NCBI RefSeq assembly: GCF_011386835.1
Contig: NC_088803.1
Coordinates: forward strand, 186,001 to 250,000
Reading direction: 5' to 3'
Source of the DNA: Chrysemys picta bellii
Taxonomy: Eukaryota
Length of the DNA stretch: 64,000 nucleotides
Shown here piece by piece: positions 10,215-19,955 of the stretch (position 1 is its first letter; each line of letters starts with the position of its first letter). Under the pieces are notes generated by a model. The model searched no databases. It was not told the origin of the DNA and worked only from the letters and a program-made list of their open reading frames with translations. A program made the position numbers and the translations under genes.

Positions 10215-11014
10215 TGTCACAGGTCAGGGCAACCGCACCTGTATTCCCCACTCCGTGGTCCAGCCAGGGCACTCATTCTCAGGCTGCCTGCTCCCCAGCC
10301 ATCACCTCTCTTGGGAAATGCACATCTCTCTCTCGCTCGACCGCTCAGTTCCCTGTCGACACGGTGAATTCCCCAGCAAGTCACACTGCCTCAGCAGGGC
10401 TGCTTTCCCTGATCCTCAGCGGCTATAAACAGTGCAATTTCCCACAGTGAAGTCACCACACTGCCCTGTATAAGCAAGCACATTTATTCTTAAAGTAAAA
10501 GCATTCCAGAGAACACAGATTAGAAACACAAAGAGAACCTACCTGCGTGGAGAGAAGCTTGATAGAGAAGGGCTCTGGCAGGTGACCAATTCTCCAGACC
10601 TCACCAAGGATTTTTTATGGGGTCACAAGTTCATCACAGTCACTAGCTCAGAACAAGCACAGACAAGTTTAGTCCCTCCTTTATCCAGCCTGGGTCTTTG
10701 GGAATAGGTGATTTGTAGCCAGTGCGGCCCTCCACAGGGTGTCGCTTCAAGAGGCTGGGTTTTTGCTTAACTGGGGGAGTTACAAACCCCCACCTAGCAA
10801 TCCCCTGGGACACCCACTTAGCTTTAAAAGTTCCCATCGTTTGAAACAGTCCTTTGATGTGCATAGCACTTTCCAGGGTTTACATTAGCCAGGTCTCCCC
10901 ACCACCCACAGTAAGACATGAATGTTTGCATGTCTTAAAATGAACTCCTAAAATAATTGAACTTAATTCAGTGAGGTTTGCCCAGGACATTGCAGGAAAT
11001 TGCCGCATCTGTCA
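10215..11014. mobile_element. Solo LTR (800 bp)
   Basis: TG...CA termini flanked on both sides by an exact 5-bp target-site duplication (TSD), TGGTC at 10210-10214 and 11015-11019. Confidence 0.7.
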
Positions 11015-11170
11015 TGGTCTATAGCTGTTCCCCCCCTAAATAAACTAGTGATAGAGTTATATTCCCCGTCAGATGTCAGCAGGTTTCTAGCAGTGCTCGG
11101 CTACTATTATTATATTAGCATAATTTGATAGTGCCTGAGGCCAGCCAGGCACAGCATGCTGGGTGCTGTA

Positions 11171-12235
11171 CAGAATCCTAGAATCATAGAATATCAGGGT
11201 TGGAAGGGACCTCAGGAGGCATCTAGTGCAACCCCCTGCTCATGGCAGGACCAATCCCCAACTAAATCATCCCTGCCAGGGCTTTGTCAGGCCGGGTCTT
11301 AAAAACCTCTAAAGAAGGAGATTCCACCACCTCCCTAGGTAACCCATTCCAGTGCTTCACCACCCTCCTAGTGACATAGTGTTTCCTAATATCCAACCTA
11401 GACCTCCCCTACTGCAACTTGAGACCATTGCTCCTTGTTCTGTCATCTGATACCACTGAGAACAGTCTAGATCCATCCTCTTTGGAACCCCCTTTCAGGT
11501 AGTTGAAAGCAACTATCAAATCCCCCCTCATTCTTCTCTTCTGCAGACTAAACAATCCCAGTTCCCTCAGCCTCTCCTCATAAGTCATGTGCTTCAGCCC
11601 CCTAATCATTTTTGTTGCCCTCTGCTGGAATCTTTCCAATTTGTCCACATCCTTCTTGTAGTGTGGGGCCCAAAACTGGGCACAGTACTCCGGAAGAGGT
11701 CTCACCAATGTCGAATAGAGGGGAATGATCATGTCCCTCGATCTGCTGGCAATGCCCCTACTTATACAGCCCAAAATGCCGTTAGCCTTCTTGGCAACAA
11801 GGACACACTGTTGACCATATCCAGCTTCTCGTCCACTGTAACCCCTAGGTCCTTTTCTGCAGAACTGGCAGCCATTCGGTCCATAGTCTGTAGTGGTGCA
11901 TGGGATTCTTCCGTCCTAAGTGCAGGACTCTGCACTTGTCCTTGTTAAACCTCATCAGGTTTCTTTTGGCCCAATCCTCTAATTTGTCTAGGTTCCTCTG
12001 TATCCTATCCCTACCTTCCAGCGTATCTACCACGCCTCCCAGTTTAGTGTCACCTGCAAACTTGCTGAGAGTGCAGTCCATGCCATCCTCCAGATCATTA
12101 ATGAAGCTATTGAACAAAACCGGCCCCAGGACCAACCCTTGGGACACTCCGCTTGATACCGGCTGCCAACTAGACATGGAGCCATTGATTACTACCCATT
12201 GAGCCCGATGATCTAGCCAGCTTTATATCTACTTT
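11171..12235 (-). mobile_element. CR1 LINE 3' fragment (RT C-terminus)
   Basis: ORFs 11845-12177 and 11409-11774 carry [30 protein letters not shown] and [26 protein letters not shown] terminal repeats mark the left end. Confidence 0.9.
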
Positions 12236-12612
12236 ATAGATGGGTCCTGTCCCGAAAAGCTGCCATTTAAATAAAGCAGAGAGCCAGCGGGGGAGTGAAG
12301 GGATGGAACACCCCAGCAGAGCGAACAATGGGATAGCTGCGAATGTCATTGAGTGCCAGGAGTTTTTGGGGGTGAGTTATCTAGACAGGCTCAGCGAAAT
12401 GGAAAGGAAAGGCAAGGGAAGGGTGGGGAGGGGACAAGGCAGGGAGAAGCAGATGAGAGGGGCCAGTGGGCAGTGAAGTTGGGGAGGGGGAAAGTTGGAG
12501 CAAACAGCAGCGGGCTGAGGAAGTCCAGTGAAATCTTGGGAAGTTCTCCGAATGCCCAGAGCTCCCTGCTTTGGCTGCTTCTGGAGTTCACTATGGCTTG
12601 CGGAAAACTCTG

Positions 12613-12856
12613 CGCCTGGGGAAAACATTTCATATTTTTTTAAAAAGTCACATCCCTGGTGATTTAATTAGGGGAAGGTGCACAGGTCTCCCAATAGCTC
12701 ACTCTTTAACCAGCCTCCTTCCTGGTGGCTGAGCGAAGCAGACGGTCCTATATCTGACAGCAGCAGCATTGCAGGAGGCTGGGAGCTGCCAAGCCAGGAT
12801 GCAGAGATGAGAGGAAATCCTGGAGCTGCTGGGCCCAGCTAGCTCAGCGGGTAAGT
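12613..12856 (+). promoter_or_regulatory. Candidate OR promoter (O/E plus homeodomain sites) and first non-coding exon of the OR4E2-like gene
   Basis: TCCCTGGTGA at 12653-12662 (one mismatch to TCCCNNGGGA) abuts TTTAATTAG at 12663-12671. A consensus donor G|GTAAGT follows at 12851. Assignment to the OR is inferred. Confidence 0.4.
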
Positions 12857-13247
12857 ACGCTGCCTTCAGAAGGCAAAGAGCAGGGGATTTTAACCAGCCC
12901 CGGGGTTTTGGATTTATTATGAATGGGTCGGATGCCCAGCTGGCATAACTTGGCCACCGCTCCATTGAAGCGAACACGCTCTGCTGATTTGCACAGCCGG
13001 GGAGCTGGCTTTATCATTTCTTTGTACCACGGCAGTGCCTAGAAGCGTCCGCTGATATCAGAACTCGTTACGCCAGGTGCTGCCCAGCCATACAAGGAAG
13101 GAGGCCGTGTCCTGAACTGCTGCGATTGTCAAAGACCTGTCACCCCACACTCGAACCGTAACCTTCATCCTCACGCTAACCCTGTATGCTCCTTTAGCCC
13201 CCGCACGAAAGGCTGGCTCATTCCCCTTCCATGCTGGAGGAAGTCTC

Positions 13248-13565
13248 ATGTGGCTGGGGACGCTCTCCGTATGGAGGACCGGCTTGCTAGCTGGTTTCCG
13301 TAAGCGGATTTCAGTGGGCGCTGCACTGACTCAGAGCAGCTGAGGCTCTAGTCTAGTGTGGGAGGGAACAGGGTCTCTGGTGTCTACCCTGGCCTCTATC
13401 AGGAACGCCGGGCACATCACTGAGGCAGACGTCTTCACCCCATGTAAGCCATGAGCAGCCTGACAGTCAGAGGCTCCACGCTGCTCCCCAGCTCGAGAGC
13501 GTGCAGCTGAGCATCCTCTTCTACCTCACAAGGAGGGTTTAGGCTGGGATTTCCCAGCAAACCTG
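13248..13565 (+). pseudogene. Possible internally deleted V relic with leader and RSS-like sequence
   Basis: Leader-like exon 13248-13299 (MWLGTLSVWRTGLLAGF, GTAAGC donor), acceptor ending at 13402, in-frame TPGTSLRQTSSPHVSHEQPDSQRLHAAPQLESVQLSILFYL, then CACAAGG-23 bp-GCAAACCTG at 13527-13565. Confidence 0.4.
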
Positions 13566-13923
13566 AGCCCCTAACTCCCTTTGCTTCCTGGGAAAACCTG
13601 AGCCTAAGGTTTATAAAGCGGTTGAAGATTCTTGGATGGACCAGGCTGCAGAAATAGCCAGCCAGAGACTCAGCCAGTGTCAGTCGTGCAGCGTTGCTGG
13701 CTCTCGCATGGCTGCACTACTCACACGAGCTGACGGTCTGGCCTGCAGATTTGTACATTAGATTTTGCTAAGCTCTGTGGTGAAGTTGAATAGAAACGTT
13801 TGCTACGAATGATTGGAAATTTGAAGCGGTTTGGGTGCATTGTCCAGAAAATTCAGAGTCCCCAAAGATTCCCGAGAAGTAACTCAAACTATTTCTTGTC
13901 TTTCTTCTTTTTTTTTTTAATAG

Positions 13924-14006
13924 GAGCATGAATCCGTGGAGCTTTCTGACAGTGATTTGGTTAAGGAGGCTGCAGCTTTACTCAGCCCATCTCTGCACTA
14001 GATCAG
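13924..14006 (+). other. Candidate internal 5'-UTR exon
   Basis: A long polypyrimidine tract plus AATAG acceptor ends at 13923, and a CAG|GTAAAT donor follows at 14007. It lies upstream of, and on the same strand as, the OR4E2-like CDS. Confidence 0.35.
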
Positions 14007-14259
14007 GTAAATCCCCTTATATCATGGCAAAACCTCTAGTGTCAGAGTTACTAGGCTGGGGCCAGATTCTCCACTCTGGCACACTGGTAAGCCAGCAGTG
14101 ATTCAGTATTTTGATGGGTCATCAGAGCCGTTTGTGTGTCCAATGCATTGGGCATGAATTTACTCCTTTTCCCTCTCTGTTGGGATCTGAACAACAAGCA
14201 AGGAGCAGAATATTCACACGCAACAAATACTGAACACATTTTCTGTAGAGCTTTCCCGT

Positions 14260-14800
14260 AGCAATAGGGGAGTATTAATGCCATTGTACAAGGCACTAGC
14301 AAGACCTCATCTGGAATAGTGTGTCCAATTCTGGTTACTCATGGTCAAGAAAGATGAATTCAAATTATAACAGGTGCAGAGAAGGGCTGCTAAGATATCC
14401 TGGGAACAGAGAACTGATCTTATGAGAGGACACTCAAAGAGATGGGCTTGTTTAGCAAAATCAAGGCCAAGAAAGGATCTGATTTCACTCTGTAAATACA
14501 AATACCAGAGAGGGAGAAGAGTTACTGAAGCTAAAGGACAATGTTGGCACCAGAACAAATGGGGATAAACTGGCCATGAATAAATTTAGGCTGGAAATGA
14601 GAAGAAGGTTTCTAACCCTCAGAGGAGAGAAATTCTGGAATAGCCTCCCAAGGGGAGGGGGGCAAACAAGTTAGTGAGCTTGAAGATGGAGTTTGATCCA
14701 TTTACAAATGGGATTATATGACAGGGTTGCTTGTAACAGTACGGCGAGGACTCTATGATTTAGGAAGTCCCTCCCAGTCCCATCTGACTATGTTCTGGAA
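14260..14800 (+). mobile_element. CR1 3' fragment (old)
   Basis: CCATTGTACAAGGCACTAGCAAGACCTCATCTGGAATA...GAACAGGTGCAGAGAAGGGC...TTTAGGCTGGAAATGAGAAGAAGGTTTCTAAC. Confidence 0.75.
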
Positions 14801-15026
14801 ATTCCAGGTTCCTTCATCTGATTGCATCTCCTAATGGAACAGTGATTTAAAAAAAAAACCCTAGATGTATAGTTGTTAAACCGAGAAGGGGTCATTCAAT
14901 CACCTTGTCTGACCTCCAGCATAACCGAGGGCAGGAGGTTTCACCCAGGCACTTGGGTGGTGGAGTGAATTCCCCCCCATCCATTACTGCCCCCAGTAAC
15001 TGAGCACTCATGTTATACAACTCTTG

Positions 15027-15395
15027 GAAGGATTTGTTTTTTGTCAGTAAATGTCGGTGAACACTGATTTAACCGTACACACAAACGGACAAAAGTATCT
15101 CCATCCATAAATAATCAAAATTTAGCTAGGCAAAGTAAGAAAGATGCTGCTTGAGCACTTATTAGAGTTTAATTGAAGGAGATTTACTTTGTACATTTTG
15201 ACATGTCATGTTGACAATGTGTGTTAAGGGTTATAAAGCTTTAACTTTTTATAGCACAGCGTCAAATAATTATTGTCTGACACCTCCATCATTTTCCACA
15301 ACTGTGAACATTTAAATAGATAAAAATAGAAACAAATGTTTAAAAATAGAACATGGATATTATCTGTTGAAATTATAAAAAATCAGATTCTGCCC
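15027..15395. repeat. AT-rich dispersed repeat (probable non-autonomous DNA transposon); second copy at about 49548-50150
   Basis: Shared blocks AGGATT...TTTT(G/A)TCAGTAAATGT.GGTGAA, GGCAAAGTAAGAAA.ATGCTGCTTGAG and TTTTGACATGT.ATGTTGACAA occur in both places. Confidence 0.6.
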
Positions 15396-15728
15396 TGGAG
15401 GATAGATTCATGGATTTTAAGGATTAAAGAGGGCATTTTGTTCACCCAGTTTAACTTCCTGCATAGCTCAGACCAGAGAATTTCACCCCTGGGATTCCTG
15501 AGTCGAGTCCAATAATTCGGTGTTGCATTGGAGTGAATCCTCAAGAAAGTTGTCCTGTATTGGCTTACAGATTCCAGGGGTGGAAAATCCGCCTTGTCTT
15601 TTGGTAAATTGTCTCAATGGCTTGTTAACTTTTTGTAACCATAGTTCCTGTCTGAATCCATCTAGCTTCAGCCCCCAGCCACTGGATCTAGTGCTGCAAT
15701 CTATTTAGTTTAGGGTTACAGTCTATAA

Positions 15729-16063
15729 CAGGGATGGGCAACCTTTGGCACTTGGCCCACCAGAGAAAGCCCTTGGCGGGCCGGGCTGGTTTGTTTACCT
15801 GCTGCATCCGCAGGTTCGGCCGATCGCGGCTCCCACTGGCTGCAGTTCGCCACTCCAGGCCAATGGGGGCTGCGGGAAGGGCTAAGCCAGCACATCCCTC
15901 AGCCTGTGCTGCTTCCCGCAGCCCCCATTGGCCTGGAGCGGTGAACTGCAGCCAGTGGGAGCCGCGATTGGCTGAACCTGCAGACATGGCAGGTAAAGAA
16001 ACTGGCCTGGCCCGCCAGGGCGCTTACCCTGGCGAGCCGCGAGCCAAAGGTTGCTGATCCCTG
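15729..16063. mobile_element. hAT-type MITE
   Basis: TIRs CAGGGATGGGCAACC / GGTTGCTGATCCCTG with an exact 8-bp TSD, GTCTATAA. A partial copy of the same family lies at about 48190-48358. Confidence 0.9.
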
Positions 16064-16474
16064 GTCTATAAGTACCTACACGGGGAACAACCGTTTAATA
16101 ATGGGCTCTTCAGCAGAGGAATATCTAACATGAGCCAATGGCTAGAAGTTGAAGCTAGACAAATTCAGACCGGAAATAAGGCATACATTTTGAACAATGA
16201 CGGTGATTAGCCATTGGAGCAATTTACCGAGGATCATGGTAGATTCTTCATCAGTGGCAATTTTAAAATTGAGACTGGATGTTTTTCTAAAAGAATTATT
16301 TTGGGGAAGTTCTGTGGCCTGTGGTACAGGAGGGCAGGCGAGATGATCACAATGGTTCCTTCTGGCCTTGGAATCTGTAAACCTCTTAACCTTCTCTTCA
16401 GCAAGATGAATAGACCCAGTACTTCCCCTTCTCTCTCTTTGTAAGGTGGAAAGACATTGACATTGAGGCTTTCT

Positions 16475-17302
16475 CAGGGCCGGTGCAAGGAAGTTTCGCG
16501 CCCTAGGCGAAACTTCCACCTTGCCCCCCCACCACCCAGCTAACCCCGCCCCCCCGCAGCAGCTAACCCAGCCCCCCACCCAGGGAGCCCGCCACCCCCG
16601 CAGCCTGGGGAGCCCCCCCACCCACAACAGCTACTCCCCCTCTGCAGCTAACCCCGCCCAGGGAGACAGCCCCCCCGTGGAAACTAACCCTTCCTGGGGA
16701 GACTCTCCCCTGTGGCAGCTAACCCCTCCTGGGGAGCCCGCCCCAGCTCACCCGCTCCACCTCCTCCGCTGAGCACGCCAGCACCGCTCTAATTCTCCTC
16801 CCCTCGCAGGCTTGCGGCCAGGGCCGGCTCCAGGCACCAGCTTAACAAGCAGGTGCTTGGGGCAGCCAAGGGAGAGGGGCGGCACCTGCGGCAATTCAGG
16901 GGTGGCAGGTCCCTCACTCCCTCTAGGAGTGAAGGACCTGCCGCTGAACGGCCGCAGCCGATCGCGGCTTTTTTTTCCCCCCAATTGCTGCCGCCGATCA
17001 CGGCTTTTTTTTTTTGCTTGGGGCGGCAGAAATGCTGGAGCCGGCCCTGCTTGCGGCGGTGATTGGAGGAGACTTAGAGCGGGGTCTGTGTGCTCAGTGG
17101 AGGAGGCAGAGTGGAGGTGATCTGGGGCGGGGAGCGGTTCCCCTGTGCGCCCCCCCGTTACTGTGGGTGGCCCTCCCCGCGCCCCCCCCCTCGCCCAGCT
17201 CACCTCCACTCCACCTCCTCACCTGAGTGGGCTTTTAGGCGCCCCCAACCACTAGGCGCCCTAGGCGGCCGCCTAGTTCACCTAGTGGTTGCACCGGCCC
17301 TG
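16475..17302. mobile_element. hAT-type non-autonomous element containing a nested MITE
   Basis: TIRs CAGGGCCGGTGCAA / TTGCACCGGCCCTG; TSD GGCTTTCT / GGCTCTCT. Confidence 0.85.
16819..17049. mobile_element. Nested hAT-type MITE
   Basis: TIRs CAGGGCCGGCTCCAG / CTGGAGCCGGCCCTG with an exact 8-bp TSD, CTTGCGGC. Confidence 0.9.
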
Positions 17303-17813
17303 GGCTCTCTTCTGAGCCCTTGGTGTGGTGGGGAGAGGTGTGTGTGTCTGTGGGAATGGCTTGTGTACAATGATTTATCGGTTGTCTTGTGCATGGACTG
17401 GGTTGTTGGATATAATGACTGTGCGTAGATATCCTCGCTATTAACCTGACACCATGTCCGTGACAGTTTCATGTGGCTAATGGTTTTTCTTTCTTTCTTT
17501 CTCCTCCACACACAGGCTGGGATTTCCAAGGGAGCCCAAGGGAGTGAGGCACTGTAAAAGTCAATGGGAGTTGGGCACTCTCTTTTTAAAAAACCCGCTT
17601 GTAGAGTGAGTGTTTCAAATCCCCCTCAGGGAAGCAGATGCCCGCTATCCACTCATTTTAAGTGTCCAAATCCCTTAGCTGGCTTTGAAACTCCCCCATC
17701 CCCAGGCCCTGAACTTCTTGCCCCCAGATCCCAGCGAAGAGCTCTGCTCGGCACACGTCCCCGTGATTCCCTGCCTGGTGCAGTGCGTGGGCCTCCCCCG
17801 CAGAGCTTGCTGC

Positions 17814-18749
17814 ATGGAGGGGGAGAATGGCACCATGGTGACGCACTTTGTATTGCTCGGCCTCACCGAGACCCGGGAGCTGCAGCTGGTCCTCTTCGCC
17901 CTCTTCTCCATCATTTACCTGCTGATCCTGGCGGGGAACGTCCTCATCATGGTGACGGTGGTCAACGACCGGCGCCTCCACACCCCCATGTACTTTTTCC
18001 TGGGGAACCTCTCCTTTATCGACATCTGCCACGCTTCGGTCACGGCCCCCAAGATGCTGGCTGATCTCCTCTCTGTGGAGAAGACCATCTCCTTCGGGGG
18101 CTGCATGGCCCAACTTTTCTTCCTCCACCTCTGCGCCTGTGCCGAGATCTTCCTCCTGACCGCCATGGCCTACGACCGCTACGTGGCCATCTGTCACCCA
18201 CTGCAGTACCCCTCGCTCATGAGTCTGCGAGCCTGCACCTGGCTGGTGGGGGCCCTGTGGTCTGGAGCCACCGTCCACTCCCTGGTGCAGACCGTGCTCG
18301 CCGTCCGGCTGCCCTACTGTGGCCCCAATGTCATCGATAGCTTCTTCTGCGACGTGCCGCCTGTCATCAAGCTGGCCTGCACCGACACCTACCTGACAGG
18401 GGTGCTGATCGTCTCTAACAGTGGCATGATCTCTCTCACCTGCTTCCTGGCCCTGCTAGGCTCCTACCTGGTGATCCTGGTCTCTCTGCAGAGCCGGAGC
18501 ATTGAAGGGCAGCGCAAAGCGCTCTCCACCTGTGGTTCCCACTTGGCGGTGGTGGCGTTGTTCTTTGGGCCGTGCATATTCATCTACACCCGCCCTACCA
18601 CCAGCTTCTCGCTGGACAAGGTTGTGTCGGTTTTCTACACGGTGGTGACCCCGGTGCTCAACCCGGTGATCTACACCCTAAGGAACCAGGAGGTGAAGGG
18701 GGCCATGAGGAAACTGAGGGAGAGACAGATTTTCTCCAGGGGGAAATAG
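17814..18749 (+). CDS. OR4E2: Olfactory receptor, class II, OR4E2-like (311 aa, intact)
   Basis: Carries GN, LHTPMYFFLGNLS, MAYDRYVAICHPL, KALSTCGSH and PVLNPVIYTLRN. The segments KLACTDTYLTG.LIV.NSG and VVALFFGPCIFIYTRP.TSFS.DKVVSVFYTVVTP match human OR4E2 as recalled. An acceptor (ctcccccgcag) ends at 17803. Confidence 0.9.
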   Translation: MEGENGTMVTHFVLLGLTETRELQLVLFALFSIIYLLILAGNVLIMVTVVNDRRLHTPMYFFLGNLSFIDICHASVTAPKMLADLLSVEKTISFGGCMAQLFFLHLCACAEIFLLTAMAYDRYVAICHPLQYPSLMSLRACTWLVGALWSGATVHSLVQTVLAVRLPYCGPNVIDSFFCDVPPVIKLACTDTYLTGVLIVSNSGMISLTCFLALLGSYLVILVSLQSRSIEGQRKALSTCGSHLAVVALFFGPCIFIYTRPTTSFSLDKVVSVFYTVVTPVLNPVIYTLRNQEVKGAMRKLRERQIFSRGK

Positions 18750-19504
18750 GATAATGTCCAGACAGATGGGGTCCATATGGAGGAGAACCCTCCAAGGTAG
18801 GAATGAACCAGTGCATGGGGAAATGGGGTCCAAAGGGATGGATTGGAAGACACACAAACATAAATACGCAAACACACATTAACAGCGAACACATTTTTTC
18901 TTTATTGTGATTACCAACAACCAATAAAGCTGAGCTGATGTAAGTCCAAGGGAATGTAACAACAAAGCAGGAAGGGAAGGAAAGCTCTCCTGGGTCCCAG
19001 CTGGACACAGAGTCCGATGCACTGAGCACATGCTATCAGCTGATATTATCCCTGGGCTTAACTGCTCCAAAGGCCCGAGCTCGCGTGATTAAAGTTACCT
19101 ATTCGTTAAAGTTCTGTGGAGCCAGGAGCCCCAGGAAACTCCAGCTGTGGAATTCTCCTCCGCGCATTCTCTGCTCCCCGCCATATTTCACCAGGAGCTA
19201 GAAGAGATTTTACTTTGGAATCTGTCACACAATCAGGGTCTGCTCAATAGAGCATGTGGGGGGGCCCAGGACTGGCCTAGCAGGGGACTATGGTTTGGGA
19301 TTGAGGGACACCAGCAGAGCTGGAGGGTGTGGGGAGTGCAGGGGGGCTGTGGTTTGGGATAGAGGGGCACCAGCAGAGCTGAGTGTGTGAGGTCTCAGAA
19401 CTAGTCATATGTGACCATAGATATTTAAGTTTACCAAGGGTCACTCCATGGAATATTTCGCAATAGAACCCAGGAGTCCGGTCTCCCAGCCCCCCTGCTC
19501 ATCC

Positions 19505-19955
19505 CAGTGGCTCTCAACCTTTCCAGATGACTGTTCCCCTTTCAGGAGTCTGATTTGTCTTGTGTACTCCCAAATTTCACCTCACTTAAAAACGACTTGC
19601 TTACAAAATCAGACATAAAAATACAAACATGTCACAACACACTTTTACTGAACAATGGCTGACTTTCTCATGTGTACCATAGAATTATAAAATAAATCAA
19701 TTGGAATATAAATATTGTACTTCCATTTCAGTGTATAGTGTGTACAGAGCAGCATAAGCAAGTCATTGTCACTATGAAATTTTAGTTTGTACTGATTTTG
19801 CTAGTGCTTTTTCTGTAGCCTGTTGTAAAACTAGGCCAATATCTAGATGAGTTGATGTACCCCCTGGAAGACCTCTGCATACCCCCATCTAACCCCTCCT
19901 GGGGGAATGCAGAGGTCTTCCAAGGGGTATCTGTACCCCTGGTTGAGAACCACTG
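19505..19955. mobile_element. hAT-type MITE inserted in a SINE-like repeat
   Basis: TIRs CAGTGGCTCTCAACC / GGTTGAGAACCACTG; the TSD is degenerate. Confidence 0.75.

Noticed and set aside
17685-17813. 43-aa N-terminal extension of the OR4E2-like ORF
   Set aside because: It starts at a non-ATG codon and spans a splice acceptor ending at 17803. ATG 17814 gives a standard 311-aa OR.
17658-18278. Antisense ORFs overlapping the OR genes (also at 23.1-23.7, 46.0-46.7 and 59.9-60.5 kb)
   Set aside because: Expected shadows of GC3-rich coding sequence.
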